From the NCBI RefSeq assembly GCF_006345805.1, contig NC_043009.1, positions 41,602,001-41,666,000 on the forward strand: a DNA stretch of 64,000 bases, in the 5' to 3' direction. This DNA is from Octopus sinensis. Its lineage: Eukaryota. This document shows positions 38,381-51,460 of the stretch, piece by piece. The position numbers and the translations under genes were made by a program. Positions within the stretch are counted from its first letter, which is position 1; the number at the start of each line of letters is the position of its first letter. The notes beneath the pieces are model-generated. The model had not been told where the DNA came from, searched no databases, and was given only the letters and a program-made list of their open reading frames with translations.

Positions 38381-38735
38381 GGAGGTGCAATGGTTAGGGC
38401 AGCGGACTCGCGGTCGGAGGATCGCGGTTTCGATTCCCAGACCGGGCGTTGTGTGTGTTTATTGAGCAAAAACACCTAAAGCTCCACGAGGCTCCGGCAA
38501 GGGGTAGTGGCGACCCCTGTTGTACTCTTTCGCTCCAACTTTCTCGCACTCTTTCTTCCTGTTTCTTATCCCCGACTTCCTACGCAACTGCTGAGCCTGG
38601 ATGCACATTCATCCATCCGTCGATGCTCTCGGTGTCGGGAGTTGACCTGCTTTCTCTTTGCGGGTCTTACGAATAGCAAAGGACCACGTTTCGGACTTCT
38701 CCCATTCTGGGACGAAGACCGCTTCGCTCATCAGC
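38381..38735 (+). mobile_element. SINE family C head/body with a different 3' tail containing an antisense HHR-like motif
   Basis: GGAGGTGCAATGGTTAGGGCAGCGGACTCGCGG..GGTTTCGATTCCCAGACCGGGCG. Homology to the 2258-2572 copy ends near 38570. Confidence 0.85.
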
Positions 38736-39089
38736 AACAGCAACAGCAGCAATATCGGCAACAACATTATAAATTACAAGAACAATACTACAACGATATG
38801 CACAATTCAGTCCTGGATCGTATAGTGTATGTTTTTTGGGGGAGGAAGGGAGGGGGTTAGTTACATCCCTTTGTTTTGAGTTCAAATCCTGACAATGTCT
38901 GTCATATTGATTATTTTTCCTGGGCGATTATATTTGTACCAGTCAATAGTCTATGACTCATACTTAAATATTTGTGATGCAACAAAGATTAATACCTTCA
39001 CATCGGGGATATATATTTTTCACTTAAATAATATATTCTTTTCTACTCTGGGTACAAAGCTCTAACAATTTTCTACTCTAGGTACAAGC

Positions 39090-39106
39090 CCCTATTATTA
39101 TTATTA

Positions 39107-39164
<58 letters not shown>

Positions 39165-39240
39165 CATTATTATTCAGGTCATTGCCTGGAATCGAACTCG
39201 AAACTTGGGGTTAGTAGCCCGCGCTCTTAACACTGCGCCA
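39090..39240 (-). mobile_element. tRNA-like head plus (AAT)n of the unit found at the Penelope 3' end (truncated copy)
   Basis: Minus strand TGGCGCAGTG-TTAAGAGCGCGGGCTACTAACCCCAAGTTTCGAGTTCGATTCCAGGCAATGACCTGAATAAT; matches 60970-61027. Confidence 0.85.
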
Positions 39241-40350
39241 TAGAACTGTATGGCTGCTGATGTTGTTGGTCTGTCGTATGGATCTGTGCAGGCAATCCTA
39301 ACGTCTGAATTGAACATGTGGCGCGTCTCTGCCAAGTTTGTCCTCCACCTGCTAACCACAAAGCAGAAAGAACATCGCGTCGAAGTCTGTCAAGATCTCC
39401 GTCGGCGTACAGCTGACGACCCATCCTTTAAGTCGAAGATCATCATCGGTTACAAGAGTTGGGACTACGTGTGCAACCCTGAGACGAAGCAGCAGTCGTC
39501 ACAGTGAAAGAGCCCTTCATGCCCACGACCGAGGAAAGCACAACAGAGCCGCAGCTCAATCAAGAACATGCTCATCTTTTTTTTCGACATCCATGGTATT
39601 GGGCAACGAGAATTCGTTCTCCAGGACCAGGCCATCAATCGTTTTGAAGCATTTGACGGAGAATAGTCGGCGAAAGCGACAGGATCTGTGGATCATGAAG
39701 AACTGGATTCTTAATGACTGTCATTGAGCTCTCCTCATTGCGCCCAGTCATTTTTCCTGGTCAAGCTGCTGTAACAAATGATTGGCTGCTATCGTCGTAA
39801 AACAATTACATCACGCCATATTGCCCCCATTAATCTCTCCTCTCTCTTAATTCAACACAGTTTTTTTTTTATCTTACTAATTCTAATTAGTTAATATTAA
39901 TGGTCACGTTGTTTTTTGATACAAGAAGCCATAATCATCATTATTACTGAGAAAGAATTATAAGAATTATGAGTGAAGTAATCATGCGCCCTGTCATTGA
40001 GCTTTCCTCAGTCGTGAGTTTCTTGCCAAAAACAACATGGTATCGCTTCTGTACTCGCTTGTTCGTCAGATTTAGCACCTGCATACTTTCATCTCTTCCC
40101 TGAGATGAAAATTCAGCTCAAAGGTTGCCGTTTTAACACCGTTGTCAGGATGCAGAGGGAATCGCAGAAGGTCCTCGACTAGCTTACGGAAAACGACTTC
40201 CAGGCTGGTTTCCAAAAGTGACAGAAACGCTGGGACCAGTGACTTGTTGCAAAAAGGTGCCTATTTCGAAAGAGATTAGGTTTAAAATTAGGTAAATAAG
40301 TTATTTTTTATCAAACATAACTTGTCCGGGAAGCTTTTGAAACCACCTCG
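39241..40350 (+). mobile_element. 5'-truncated decayed mariner transposon, interrupted by a ~250-bp insertion
   Basis: Translation ..VGLSYGSVQAILTSELNMWRVSAKFVLHLLT..QKEHRVEVCQDL..DDPSFKSKII...PETKQQSSQ*KSP..., then a degenerate SDLAP..FHLFPEMKIQLKG segment and ...GAYFERD*. Right TIR TTTTGAAACCACCTCG|TA at 40350. Confidence 0.95.
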
Positions 40351-40990
40351 TATCCACGATGCGGAGTAATTATAATGATTTTACATAATGAGCAAAAGTG
40401 CAATAAAACTGAGACTCAGTAGTTATTGTATTATATAAGCATTTGTCGCTATAATACAATGGCGTACAGACATCTCTATGATGGCCTCATTTGTAATTTC
40501 ATCTACTGAATTTCTTTTGGTGATGAAAGAGTAGCGACGTATGATGGCCTAACCAACCATTTGGAAGCACACAGTAGTTACACCTGTAGAAGCGCACAGT
40601 ATGCTACCTATGCTTGAAACCATGAAGAACTACAACGGGAATGTACAGCCACCCGAGAGGTCATGGACGGAAAGTCAGAAATGCCATTGAGAACGAGGAC
40701 GCACAAGAAGGCGGTAATAATCCTAGGAAGATGAAGCAGTCATCGTATATTCGTATTATTTGCTTTTCGCCAAATAATCACACACCTCATTTAATGGCTT
40801 CTAGGAAGCTACAGTATATTGCACAAGCACTGAGTCTCGAGTACACTGCCCCTTATAACTGAAACGGCAGTAAGCTAATGAAGGCAATTACGTAACTCCT
40901 GTTATTTGTCATTCGTGAATTAATAAACACACCTGTATATGTGTAAACACACACACACACATACATATACGTACATATACATATACATAC

Positions 40991-41036
<46 letters not shown>

Positions 41037-41904
41037 GTGAATAAGTTTCATACTCAAGGTATGTTACAAAGCTTATACAGCCACGTATATCATCTTATAG
41101 TCAACAATGGATATATTCATTGTTGATTGCGTTCGTATAGCTATAAAATTGCAATTATTTGTAAAACGAAATCGTTTACTTAGATCCAAGCAAGTTCCAT
41201 GATAGGAGATGAAAGAGAAATTAGTAGCAATAGCAGAGGATTCGTTTCAATGTAGAGTTGAATATAAATAGTAAGGTAATAGTTCTTCTCTCTCTTTACT
41301 GACACCTACATATCAATTTGACTAGTTATTATTGTAGCTTTAAGTTTAGCCTAACTACTGCTGGATGTGAAGAGAAATCATTATGAGGAAAGAAACAGAA
41401 TTTCACACACGAATAGTAATAGGTACAAACGTATCGTACACATGCGTACAGACACTCACACGGACTTACACACACACACACACACACGCACAGACACATA
41501 TGCAGACACTGACATATGTATACATATATTCACACTCATAAACACAGACACAGACACACACACACACACAAAGCTATGCATATACACAAGCATGCATTTG
41601 CAAATACATCACAAGCACTAAGTGTAGGATTAGAGGATAAAGTACAAAAAAATAAAAAAATAAATAAATAAAACATAAAATAAATAAAACATAAAACAAA
41701 GATAAAATAAATAAATGAATAAAAAGGAAGCTATGCAACTTATTCCAAAGTTTTATTGTGCCCACTCTTACATATCATACACTAACGATTCCACGCTTGC
41801 GGAACATGCACACACTCACAGCTACCCCGCAGCGCCACCCTACACACATACGCAAACAATACCCAAATACACATACATTCTACAGACTGACATTCATTCC
41901 TAAA

Positions 41905-41942
<38 letters not shown>

Positions 41943-43556
41943 GTATTATGTATGTATGTATGTATATGTATGCGTATATATACATGTGTTATATGTACAT
42001 GTACAACGTTGCATAGAAGTAACTAGTATCTGTTAACACATCACATAATCACGTCACTGTATACATTTGGTTGTATCCAGTTCTTCTGATAACTGATGCA
42101 TGGTAATCAGAACAGAATAACCAATTGTTAGAAAACGTAAAAACAATTATAAAAATCACTTCCCAACTACAAAAAAAAACAACAACAAAAAACAAAACAA
42201 AACAAGCAAAAAGGAAAGAATAAGAAAAAAAAACATAAAGGAAGGATACAAAACAAAACAAAACAAAGAATGCATTGGAAAAATATTCTCATAAAATGAC
42301 TAATGCTCTTTTGATGTTAGCTTAACAAACTGCACTTCACCTTCCACTAGAATGGATGACCAACAGTTGCTATGGTTTCCAAAAACAATGCCAGCATCAC
42401 TGTGGCACAATGTCTACAATGCATTAGTACCACGCTACCATGCAATCTCTAGATTGGCGTCATTGTTCTTGCATGACAACGTTGTCGGTGAATCGAAATG
42501 AATCGAACCAGCAATGTGTTCAACAAACTGCAGAATCTAGTTGTTAGTGGCAGCCTATTTATTTTGTAGCCTTCTCAATCAAATCCTGCATGTTAGTCTT
42601 TTGTCTTTGCTTCTGCATCTATTTATCTCTCGCAACACCACATACATACATACATACACCATACACATTCTTACACCTTCGTTATTCTCCATTTCTAATC
42701 GCTATTTCTCTTCATCTACCTCTCTTTCTCTCTGTCTCTTCTTTTGCTTCTTTCCTTTTGGTTTCATTCATTTTCTCGTCTCAAATACAGAAAGACGGAA
42801 AAGACAATAGCGCTGCGTTAACATGGCGTCATTTTGATGTGTTTAACAAAGGTTTCGACTTCCTGTGTCTTTCTTTTGCTGTGCATGTCTTAATCACATT
42901 GTATTTGACATTAGATATTTTATCGGCCATTCCAGCCGATGCCTCGATTATCATAATTGCAAGAAATGCAACTCACAGAATTTACCACGAATCTTTGTTT
43001 TATTGTGTAAATAAAACAAAACGAAAATAGAAACAAACGAAAAAATAGAGACAAAGAGACTGATGGACGAAAAGATTGATTCAAAAGTTAACAAATGGCA
43101 GAGGTAGAATCTCATGGAATGGACAAGAAAATAGAAAAGAAATTTTATCTTATTTTTAATTTCATTTTGTCTTTAGCAGTAGTAGTAATAGTGATAGATC
43201 ATTGAGCGCTGTTAAAAGTGAAACTGATGTTTCCGTGGTGTGACAGTGATGTGACTTATGCAGTGGTGAGTTTCTGATTTCTAAATGAAGTTGGTCAGCT
43301 ATTCTAACTTATCCCGTCTTTAGTTTATTTCTTTATCTATTTCTTTTTTTTTTATCATGAATATTGTAAACAATGGTGATATCGATTATCGGTTTCCGAA
43401 GAGGTCAGTCATTGGTTCACTGAGTTTCCGATGGCGGAAATAACAAGGAATTGTTTGTGCAAACTGAGGTTGGGTGGGTTTCAAATAAATATCACAATAT
43501 ACGTTTTTCGACTCACCGATTTATCGGCAGTTTTTCACTGATACGTATATCACTAA

Positions 43557-43600
<44 letters not shown>

Positions 43601-44123
43601 GTACACATATACAAACACACACATGCACACACACATATTTAGTCACATACGATGACCTTCCGCTCATTTTTCGCCACTCACAAGGCAGCGGTCAACCCGA
43701 TGACGTCTTTCCACGTGACACCGAACCATGTCGTCTCAAAACAAGCGTCTTAACCATACTCCTATGTCTTACCGGAAAATTAATTATGGCTTAAGCATTT
43801 GTAAGACAGCCTCCACGGAAGTAATCGTATTTGGTGGCCTAAAACATGCACGGGCTTATTAGAAGCACCACAATTTTTGCAGCACATATTTAGAAAAATG
43901 GTTTTAGTACATCAAAGCGTAAAACATAATCCCAAGATTATATATAAGAACCACAGTGATTTTGCAGACAATTCCTTGAGCAGAAAAAATAAGGCGCCTT
44001 ATATGCCATCAAATTCGGTACTTCTTTTACGTTCAACTTTCATAAACAAAGATAAATCAGTTATCATGCCTGGACAAAAAAATCACCGGTGCAGAAAAAT
44101 TGAAGTTAATATAGAAAGTCATT

Positions 44124-44358
44124 GATTGCCTCGCTCATAATTCTTATAATTCGTTCTCAGTAATAATGATGATTGTGGCTTCTTGTATAAGAAAACAACG
44201 TGACCATTAATATTAAATAATTAGAATTAGTAAGATAAAAAAAAAAAGTGTGTTGAATTAAGGGAGAGGAGAGGTTAATGAGAGCAATATGGCGTGATGT
44301 AATTGTTTTACGACGATAGCAGCCAATCATTTGTCACAGCAGCTTGTCCAGGAAAAAC
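44124..44358 (-). repeat. ~235-bp sequence homologous (inverted) to the insertion in the mariner (39749-39983)
   Basis: e.g. CAAATGATTGGCTGCTATCGTCGTAAAACAATTACATCACGCCATATTG shared on opposite strands. Confidence 0.9.
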
Positions 44359-44916
44359 TTATAGCGAAATAAGTAAGACTACGTGATCGCAATAATAAAT
44401 GGAAATAATAACCAAATTTCCTTAAAATTCACATTAAAAAATCTTGTGCGTATATATGTAAGTGTGTGTGTATAAATATATATAGGATCTGTTCAGTTTG
44501 GCGCACAGATTTTTTTATAATTGTTTTTTTTTTAGCTAAACAGTTTGAAATTTCGTATCCTGGTAGAATTTTTCATGCAGAACACGGTTCACTTTAAACA
44601 TTTTTGACAAAATTCCGTATTTTAAAAGTTATTTCGTATTAAATTTTTATTAGGGTAATTTTAACCAATCAACGACGTGTATTCAGCTGAAGAAAGCTAC
44701 TGCTGTTTGCGATAGTAACTTCCGGGTCATCTCTACTAAATGTCACCTCTCTGTTCTTTTCGTATGTCGAGCGCAGACGATGCCACCTCTATCCTTTCTT
44801 CCTTTCTAGTCAGCACCGTGCGTTCCTTACTCCTTCCCTCCATACTGGCAGACAGCCATTTCTGCACTATCAACTAGCAACCAGCGAGCGAACTTGTCCC
44901 TGCCTCTACAATTACC

Positions 44917-44973
<57 letters not shown>

Positions 44974-45079
44974 ATGGTATATAATACTACATTATACAAC
45001 GTTGTTTTAATTACACGCGGCAAGCAAGTTAAAGTATCGTGAATGGAATGCGTATGATCAGGCCTGCAATATGAAGGTC

Positions 45080-45108
45080 GACCTGGAGCTAGACAACAAA
45101 AACAACAG

Positions 45109-45189
<81 letters not shown>

Positions 45190-45195
45190 CTACTA

Positions 45196-45235
<40 letters not shown>

Positions 45236-45236
45236 A
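45080..45236. repeat. (CAA)/(CAG)/(CTA) trinucleotide array
   Basis: Directly visible. Confidence 0.95.
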
Positions 45237-45364
45237 AATGGATAATTAATTAAGTAGTGTGACGCTTTATATTAAACAGCCATTTTGTGAACACAGCGCA
45301 AATTTGAGAATGAGACACGTACATCGACTGAAAAATGTAATTCAAACTCACAAGAAGTATGTAA

Positions 45365-45640
45365 TATTGGTTTATCGTAACAGTGTTCGAATAATTTAGT
45401 GTAGCAGTAAACAAAAGGTTTATTGTTACAGTAAACAATTGATTTTTGTAGCAATGAACAAAGTGTTTATTTCTACCGTGAAGTAAAGTAATATTCGTTG
45501 TGACAGTGAACAAACGGGTTATCGTAACAGCGAACAAACGGTTTATTATAACTTTTCCCTTTTAACAATGAACCAATAGTATGTTGTAAAAGTGAACAAG
45601 TGATTTATTATAGCAGTGAACAAATAGTTTATTATACAAG
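45365..45640. repeat. Degenerate ~24-bp minisatellite (TTTATTGTAACAGTGAACAAA-like)
   Basis: About ten diverged units, e.g. GGTTTATTGTTACAGTAAACAA, GGTTATCGTAACAGCGAACAAA, TTATTATAGCAGTGAACAAA. Confidence 0.6.
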
Positions 45641-45817
45641 GGAGTTAATGGGCTAATGGTTTACAGCAGCAGTGATTTGGAGCTGATTTTGAGGTAAACA
45701 ACAGCAATTATTATTCTTCGCTGGTCGGCAAACAAAACCTAGGATGTAAGAACGTAGAAAAGCAAAAACATGCTACTTTGTCAAGTTAATGGTATAATTG
45801 TAAGATATCTGTCAGCT

Positions 45818-45876
45818 GGTCTCATGGTGTAATGGTTAGCACTCTTGACTTTGAATCCAGCGATCCGAATTCAAAT
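45818..45876 (+). pseudogene. tRNA-Gln-TTG: 3'-truncated tRNA-Gln(TTG) pseudogene
   Basis: GGTCTCATGGTGTAATGGTTAGCACTCTTGACT-TTG-AATCCAGCGATCCGAATTCAAAT matches metazoan tRNA-Gln(UUG) except for an anticodon-stem mismatch and a B-box change. The 3' acceptor strand is missing. Confidence 0.9.
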
Positions 45877-45878
45877 AG

Positions 45879-46407
45879 TAGGCACAGGAGTGGCTGTGTG
45901 GTAAGTAGCTTGCTTACCAACCACATGGTTCCGGGTTCAGTCCCACTGCGTGACACCTTGGGCAAGTGTCTTCTATAGCCTCGGGCCGACCAAAGCCTTG
46001 TGAGTGGATTTGGTAGACAGAAACTGAAAGAAGCCCTGTGTGGTAAGTAGCTTGCTAACAAACCACATGGTTCCGGGTTCAGTCACACTGCGTGGCATCT
46101 TGGGCAAGTATCTTCTGCTATAGCCCCGGGCCGACCAATGCCTTGTGAGTGAATTTGGTAGACGGAAACTGAAAGAAGCCTGTCGTATATATGTGTGTGT
46201 GTTTGTGTGTCTGTGTTTATCCCCCTAGCATTGCTTGACGACCGATGCTGGTGTGTTTACGTCCCCGTCACTTAGCGGTTCGGCAAAAGTGACCGATAGA
46301 ATAAGTACTGGGCTTACAAAGAATAAGTCCCGGGGTCGATTTGCTTGACTAAAGGCGGTGCTCCAGTATAGCCGCAGTCAAATGACTTAAACAAGCAAAA
46401 GAGTAAA
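45879..46407 (+). mobile_element. SINE family A with tandemly duplicated 5' module
   Basis: Head-body unit 45879-46036 repeated from 46036, then full tail. Confidence 0.95.
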
Positions 46408-46719
46408 GTGTATCACATTTTTCCTGTCTAAGCAAAGATTTTTCCTTTTTTTTTCACACTAGTATTACAGTCTCCCTGGATTTTAATAGAACGTTTTGTA
46501 CTGTTTTAAAATTACGCGCCTTTACTTAAGCTTCCGACCCTTCTTTGTGATCGGTGAGTTCGTACAAAACTAAACCAAAGGTATCGAATCGTATTTGCGT
46601 TTACTGATAGCTCTTTGTTCTAACCGAGAACCACATGTCTATTTCCTCTGAGTGGGGCATCTTTAAGCATCAAAATTGTGCAAGAAAGAAAGCTAAAGGA
46701 GTTGAAAAGGAAACTAGCG

Positions 46720-46854
<135 letters not shown>

Positions 46855-47784
46855 GCAAACTAATCCCTAGAAAAAGAGAAAGGTGTGCTAAATAGATGAA
46901 TGATTTTGTGATTTTGTTAGGGGAAAATCTTCGCACTTGTTAGCCCAGAAATTCTTGCTGTTAATAAGGTCGGCGCCGCGGAACAACTGAACGTAAGATT
47001 CGCTTTTATCAGTTCTGTGCCTTAATCCAAGCCGCCTGTTTATGCCACAAGCGTTGAAGACTAAAACAACACCGAAAATTACAGATGTGTAAAATTTGAT
47101 TATTATAAATATCGCGAAAACATATTTCTTGGACAGTTATGTCCACAAAGACGTATATATATACATACACATGCATACATATATGTATATACATATACAT
47201 ACACACGCAACACACACACAACACACACACACATACACACAGAGGCACATGTATATACAAATATACGCAAAATGAAAGAAAATGTTTAAGGAATCTTGCG
47301 GTGTTCGCCAGAGGCTAACAGACATACAAAGGAGGATTCTAACTCATTGTAGATCTTTTACCTTGTTCTAATTCTTCTCATTAGTGAGCGCATGATGTAC
47401 TTTCTTCTTCTTCTTCTTCTTCTTCTTCTTCTTCTTCTTCTTCTCCCGTCCTCCCCCCCTCCTCCTCCTCCTCCGCCTCTTTGAACGGCTTTCTGTTTTA
47501 AATTTAGCATTTCTCGTTCTATTATTTATTTGATCATATGTTGTTTCGTAGTTATCGCACAAATAGATATGCACACGCATACACACACATGTAGATATAT
47601 ACATAAACACATACATACACATACACATAAGCCCACACGTGTATGCGCGCGCATACGCTTACACATACACAAGAATGATCACAACAATTCAAGCCTACAT
47701 ACGAAGAATAGATAAGCATTTTTCGACTGTTCCTCACAATTCATGCATATATACATATAGACATACGCATACACGGACACGTAC

Positions 47785-47848
<64 letters not shown>

Positions 47849-48029
47849 TTATCTATCTCATATACGTTCATCTCATTACATATAAATGGTGGAGTATATA
47901 TTACTTCCCAATCACAGTTTTACGTTCGGTCTTGGGCTAGTATCTTCTACTCTAGCCATGGGCCAACAAAATCCTTGTGGGTGGATTTGATAGACGGAAA
48001 CTGAAAAAAACCCCATCGTATGTATATTT

Positions 48030-48195
48030 ATACAAAATGGGACAAGAACGCAAAACATCCGGACAGTTAGGTGATACGAAAATGGGACAACAAAACATCG
48101 AGATAGACGATACAAAGAAAACAAGGACGGGTCATTTGAAATTTTCTTTCCTCAGTCAAGTACCAGATTATCTTCGCAATTTCGGCTGATTATAC
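48030..48195 (-). mobile_element. Short Penelope-pLTR-like fragment retaining only the 3' half of an HHR-like motif
   Basis: Minus strand ATAATCAGCC-GAAA-TTGCGAAG followed by a pyrimidine-rich tail, flanked by TA-rich DNA; inference by analogy with the other motifs here. Confidence 0.4.
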
Positions 48196-49164
48196 TTATA
48201 TGTATATATTAAAATGAGGATTCCGATAGAATATATGCCCCAGGTAGGTTTGAGTAATGTCTGTAGTTCTGGCCAATGATTGGTTGGAGTTGAGATATCA
48301 AGTAGAATATTTAGGTTTGTATACAGATAAAAGCAATCCTAGGAGCATTTAGCGCCTAAAGGACTTGTCCACGTTACGCGTTACTTTGAGTAGTTCGTTG
48401 CTGGTATACTCTAGGGTGTCCAGCAAGTCGTAAATTCCCCTGGTATATTATAATCAAATGGATAAAAATGCACAATGTATAAGTGTCAGCTCATTACATC
48501 AGTTTCTTACGTAATGAAGAATGAAAACATTACATTATTATGAATGACCGTAATCATCAGATTTTTACAGAACAAAGGGGTATACCAGGAATGCAACAGA
48601 ATGTGTCTGTTGAGGCTGAGCTATGAAAAGGGAAATGACCAACAATATTAGCCGTTGAAATGTAGTTCTTGAAAGTGTAATATATCTAAGATCAGCGTGC
48701 CGGGAGAGGAGTCTGTTAGACCAGAACAAGAGTAGATTTGAGTGTTTTTTTTAAGATAATTTATTGTAGGGTAAGAATGGTAGTGATTAGGAGAGGTAAT
48801 ACAAAAACTATTAAGGGAAAAAATACTTTGCGTTCAAATACTTTAAGGACATTAAACCTTGATAATAGCCCCAAAACCTAGGTCCCATCATATTTTACCC
48901 CCTCTCTTACACAAACCCTTTCGCCCTTTGAGTCCTCCTAGTTTCACGTCCCCCTCCTTTTATCTATATTTTATCAGATATTTCACTGTTACTTCTTTTA
49001 ACCCGGATTTGAGTTTAGAATATAAATAGATCCAACTAAATTTCAGAAAGCATTCCGTTCGGCGCTCAGGCTTTTTTGAAAATATTATTGTTTCCTACTA
49101 AAACGGAAATATTAACTTTAAGCATAGTAAAATATGATAGTGATTTTATATCCTTAGCGCGCTG

Positions 49165-49865
49165 GAACAAGTGCTTAGCAGGATTTTATCTGTATTTTTA
49201 TTTTCTGAGCTCAAATTACACCGCGGTAGACATTGCCTTTCATCCTGTCGGAGTCAATGAAATAAGTAACAGTTGAGCACTGGGGTCGATGTGGTCGACT
49301 TACCCACTCACCCGAAATTGCTAGAATCTTGCCAAAATTTGAAGCCATTATTTTTGTTTTTGTTAAAGACAGCGAGCTGTCAGAATCGATTACGTCAGGG
49401 CTGGCAGAAACGTTAGCACGCCGGGCGAAATGCTTAGCGGTATTTCGTCGGGCGTTACGTTCTGAGTTCAAATTCCGCCAAGGTTGACTTTGACTTTCAT
49501 CCTTTTGGGGTCGATTAAATAAGTACCAGTTACGCACTGGGGTCCATATAATCGACTTAATACCTTTGTCTGTCCTTGTTTGTCCCCTCTATGTTTAGTC
49601 CCTTGTGGGCAATAAAGAAATAAGGAACGTTAGCAGCCGTTTATCTGTCCTTGTTTGTCCTCTATCTGTTTAGTCCCTTGTGGGTAGTAATGAAATAGGT
49701 ATTTCGTTTGTATTTACGTTCTGAGTTCAAATTCTGTTGAAGTCGACTTTGCCTTTCATCCTTTCGGAGTCGATAAATTAAGTACCAGTTACGTACTGGG
49801 GTCCATCTGATCTACTGGTCCCCTCCCCCAAAATGTCGGGCCCTTGCCTAGAGTAGAAAAGAATC
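49165..49865 (+). mobile_element. Cluster of SINE family B (degenerate monomer plus multimer)
   Basis: Cores at ~49210-49270, ~49480-49530 and ~49740-49790; tail AGTAGAAAAGAAT at 49852. Confidence 0.9.
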
Positions 49866-50154
49866 GATTACATCAACTCTGCTGCTTAAGTGGGGTTGAT
49901 GCATTGGTGTTATATATGATGTTCTGGCGATCTGAAGTCCTTTTATATCTGTACTGTACAATGTGTAGCGTGCATATTTTTGCAAATATGTAAAATAATT
50001 CATAATACACAGAAATTATTATTACAAGACGAAGGCTATGAAACGGCCGTAAATCAACGTATATCAAGTGGTTAAATAAATGTATTAATCTTTCATACAT
50101 CTGACGTTATATATACATATACATACATACATACATACATACATACATACATGC

Positions 50155-50199
<45 letters not shown>

Positions 50200-50207
50200 T
50201 CTTTTGT

Positions 50208-50512
50208 TATTTCTTTTATTCTTTTGTTTTAGTCATTAAAATGCGGCTGTGCTGGAACCCCGCCTTTAGTCGAACAAATCGACCCCAGGACTAATTCTTT
50301 GTAAGCCTAGTACTTATTCTATCGGCGTCTTTTGCCGAACCGCTAAATTACGGGGACATATCCACATCACCATTGGTTGTCAAGCGATGTTGGGGGGACA
50401 AACGCAAACATACAAACATATACATACATGTATATATATATATATAATATATATATATATATACAGACACAAACATATACATACATATACGTACATATGC
50501 ATATACACACAG

Positions 50513-50555
<43 letters not shown>

Positions 50556-50777
50556 CATACACACATACATACACACACACGCACACATACACACACATAC
50601 ACTCACACATATATATACGACGGGCTTCTTTTCAGCTTCCGCCTACCAAATCCACCCACTAGGTTTTGGTCGGCCCGAGACTATAGTAGAAGACACTTGC
50701 ACAAGGTGCCACGCACTGGGACTGAACTCGGAACCATGTGGTTGGTAAGCAAGATACTTACCACACAGCCACTCCTG
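50208..50777 (-). mobile_element. Full-length SINE family A with expanded internal microsatellite
   Basis: Head CAGGAGTGGCTGTGTGGTAAG (minus); 3' block GTCGAACAAATCGACCCCAGGAC. Confidence 0.92.
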
Positions 50778-51094
50778 AGTTTTTAATATCGTTTACTCTG
50801 TATCGTGATGAACTGAATTTTCAAGTTTACAAAGAAAATTACCCAATATAAAAGCTATAATAATAACCTGAGAGTACGGAGCGGTTACAATAAAATCCAC
50901 AAGAAAATTATCAATATATGTCAATACATGGTGATACTACCATGTGGTGACAAGCATGTAGCACTGAGTAGTCACCAGTAACAACTAGAATATGTCCAGT
51001 AGATTACTAATAAGTGCATTTAATATCCCTAAACAATACGACATATCAAAATATTTGTATGCTCTCAAGGTCTATATATGTTTGTATGTACTTT

Positions 51095-51460
51095 TAGGTG
51101 CAGGAGTGGCTGTGTGGAAAGAACCTTGCTTCCCAACCACATGGTTCAAGTTTCGGTATCATTGTATGGCACCTTGGGCAAGTGTCTTCAACTGTAGCCT
51201 CGGCCGATCAGAGTTTTATGAGTGGATTTGTATGTATATATCTTTGTGTATGTGTATTTGTGTTTGTCTTTGACCCCCAACACCACTTAATAACTGATGT
51301 GTTTACGTTCCTGTAACCCAGCGGTTCGACAAAGTGGCCGAAAATATGAGTACCAGGCTTAAACTGAAAACAGTACTGGGGGCGAAACTTTCGACTAAAA
51401 ATTTCTTCAAGGCGGTGCCCAAGGACAGTCGCAATCTAACGGCTGAAACAAATAAAAGAT
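51095..51460 (+). mobile_element. Diverged SINE family A
   Basis: TAGGTGCAGGAGTGGCTGTGTGG...CACCTTGGGCAAGTGTCTTC...AAGGCGGTGCCC. Confidence 0.85.

Noticed and set aside
40440-40865. Protein-like frames in a unique island (a similar island lies at 20440-20870)
   Set aside because: Multiple stops in all frames and no recognisable motif.
42820-42865. YY1 (AACATGGCG) and ETS (ACTTCCTG) motifs
   Set aside because: Short motifs alone cannot support a promoter call.
43769-44030. Possible Tc2/pogo MITE ending ATAAGGCGCCTTATATGCCATCAAATTCGGTA
   Set aside because: Left end matches the right end too weakly to define TIRs.
44480-44910. Repeat-like GC-richer segment next to (TA)n
   Set aside because: No second copy, TIR or coding motif in the window to support a call.
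45365-45640. Spaced repeats as a CRISPR-like array
   Set aside because: Adjacent degenerate tandem units without unique spacers, in eukaryotic DNA with no cas genes.
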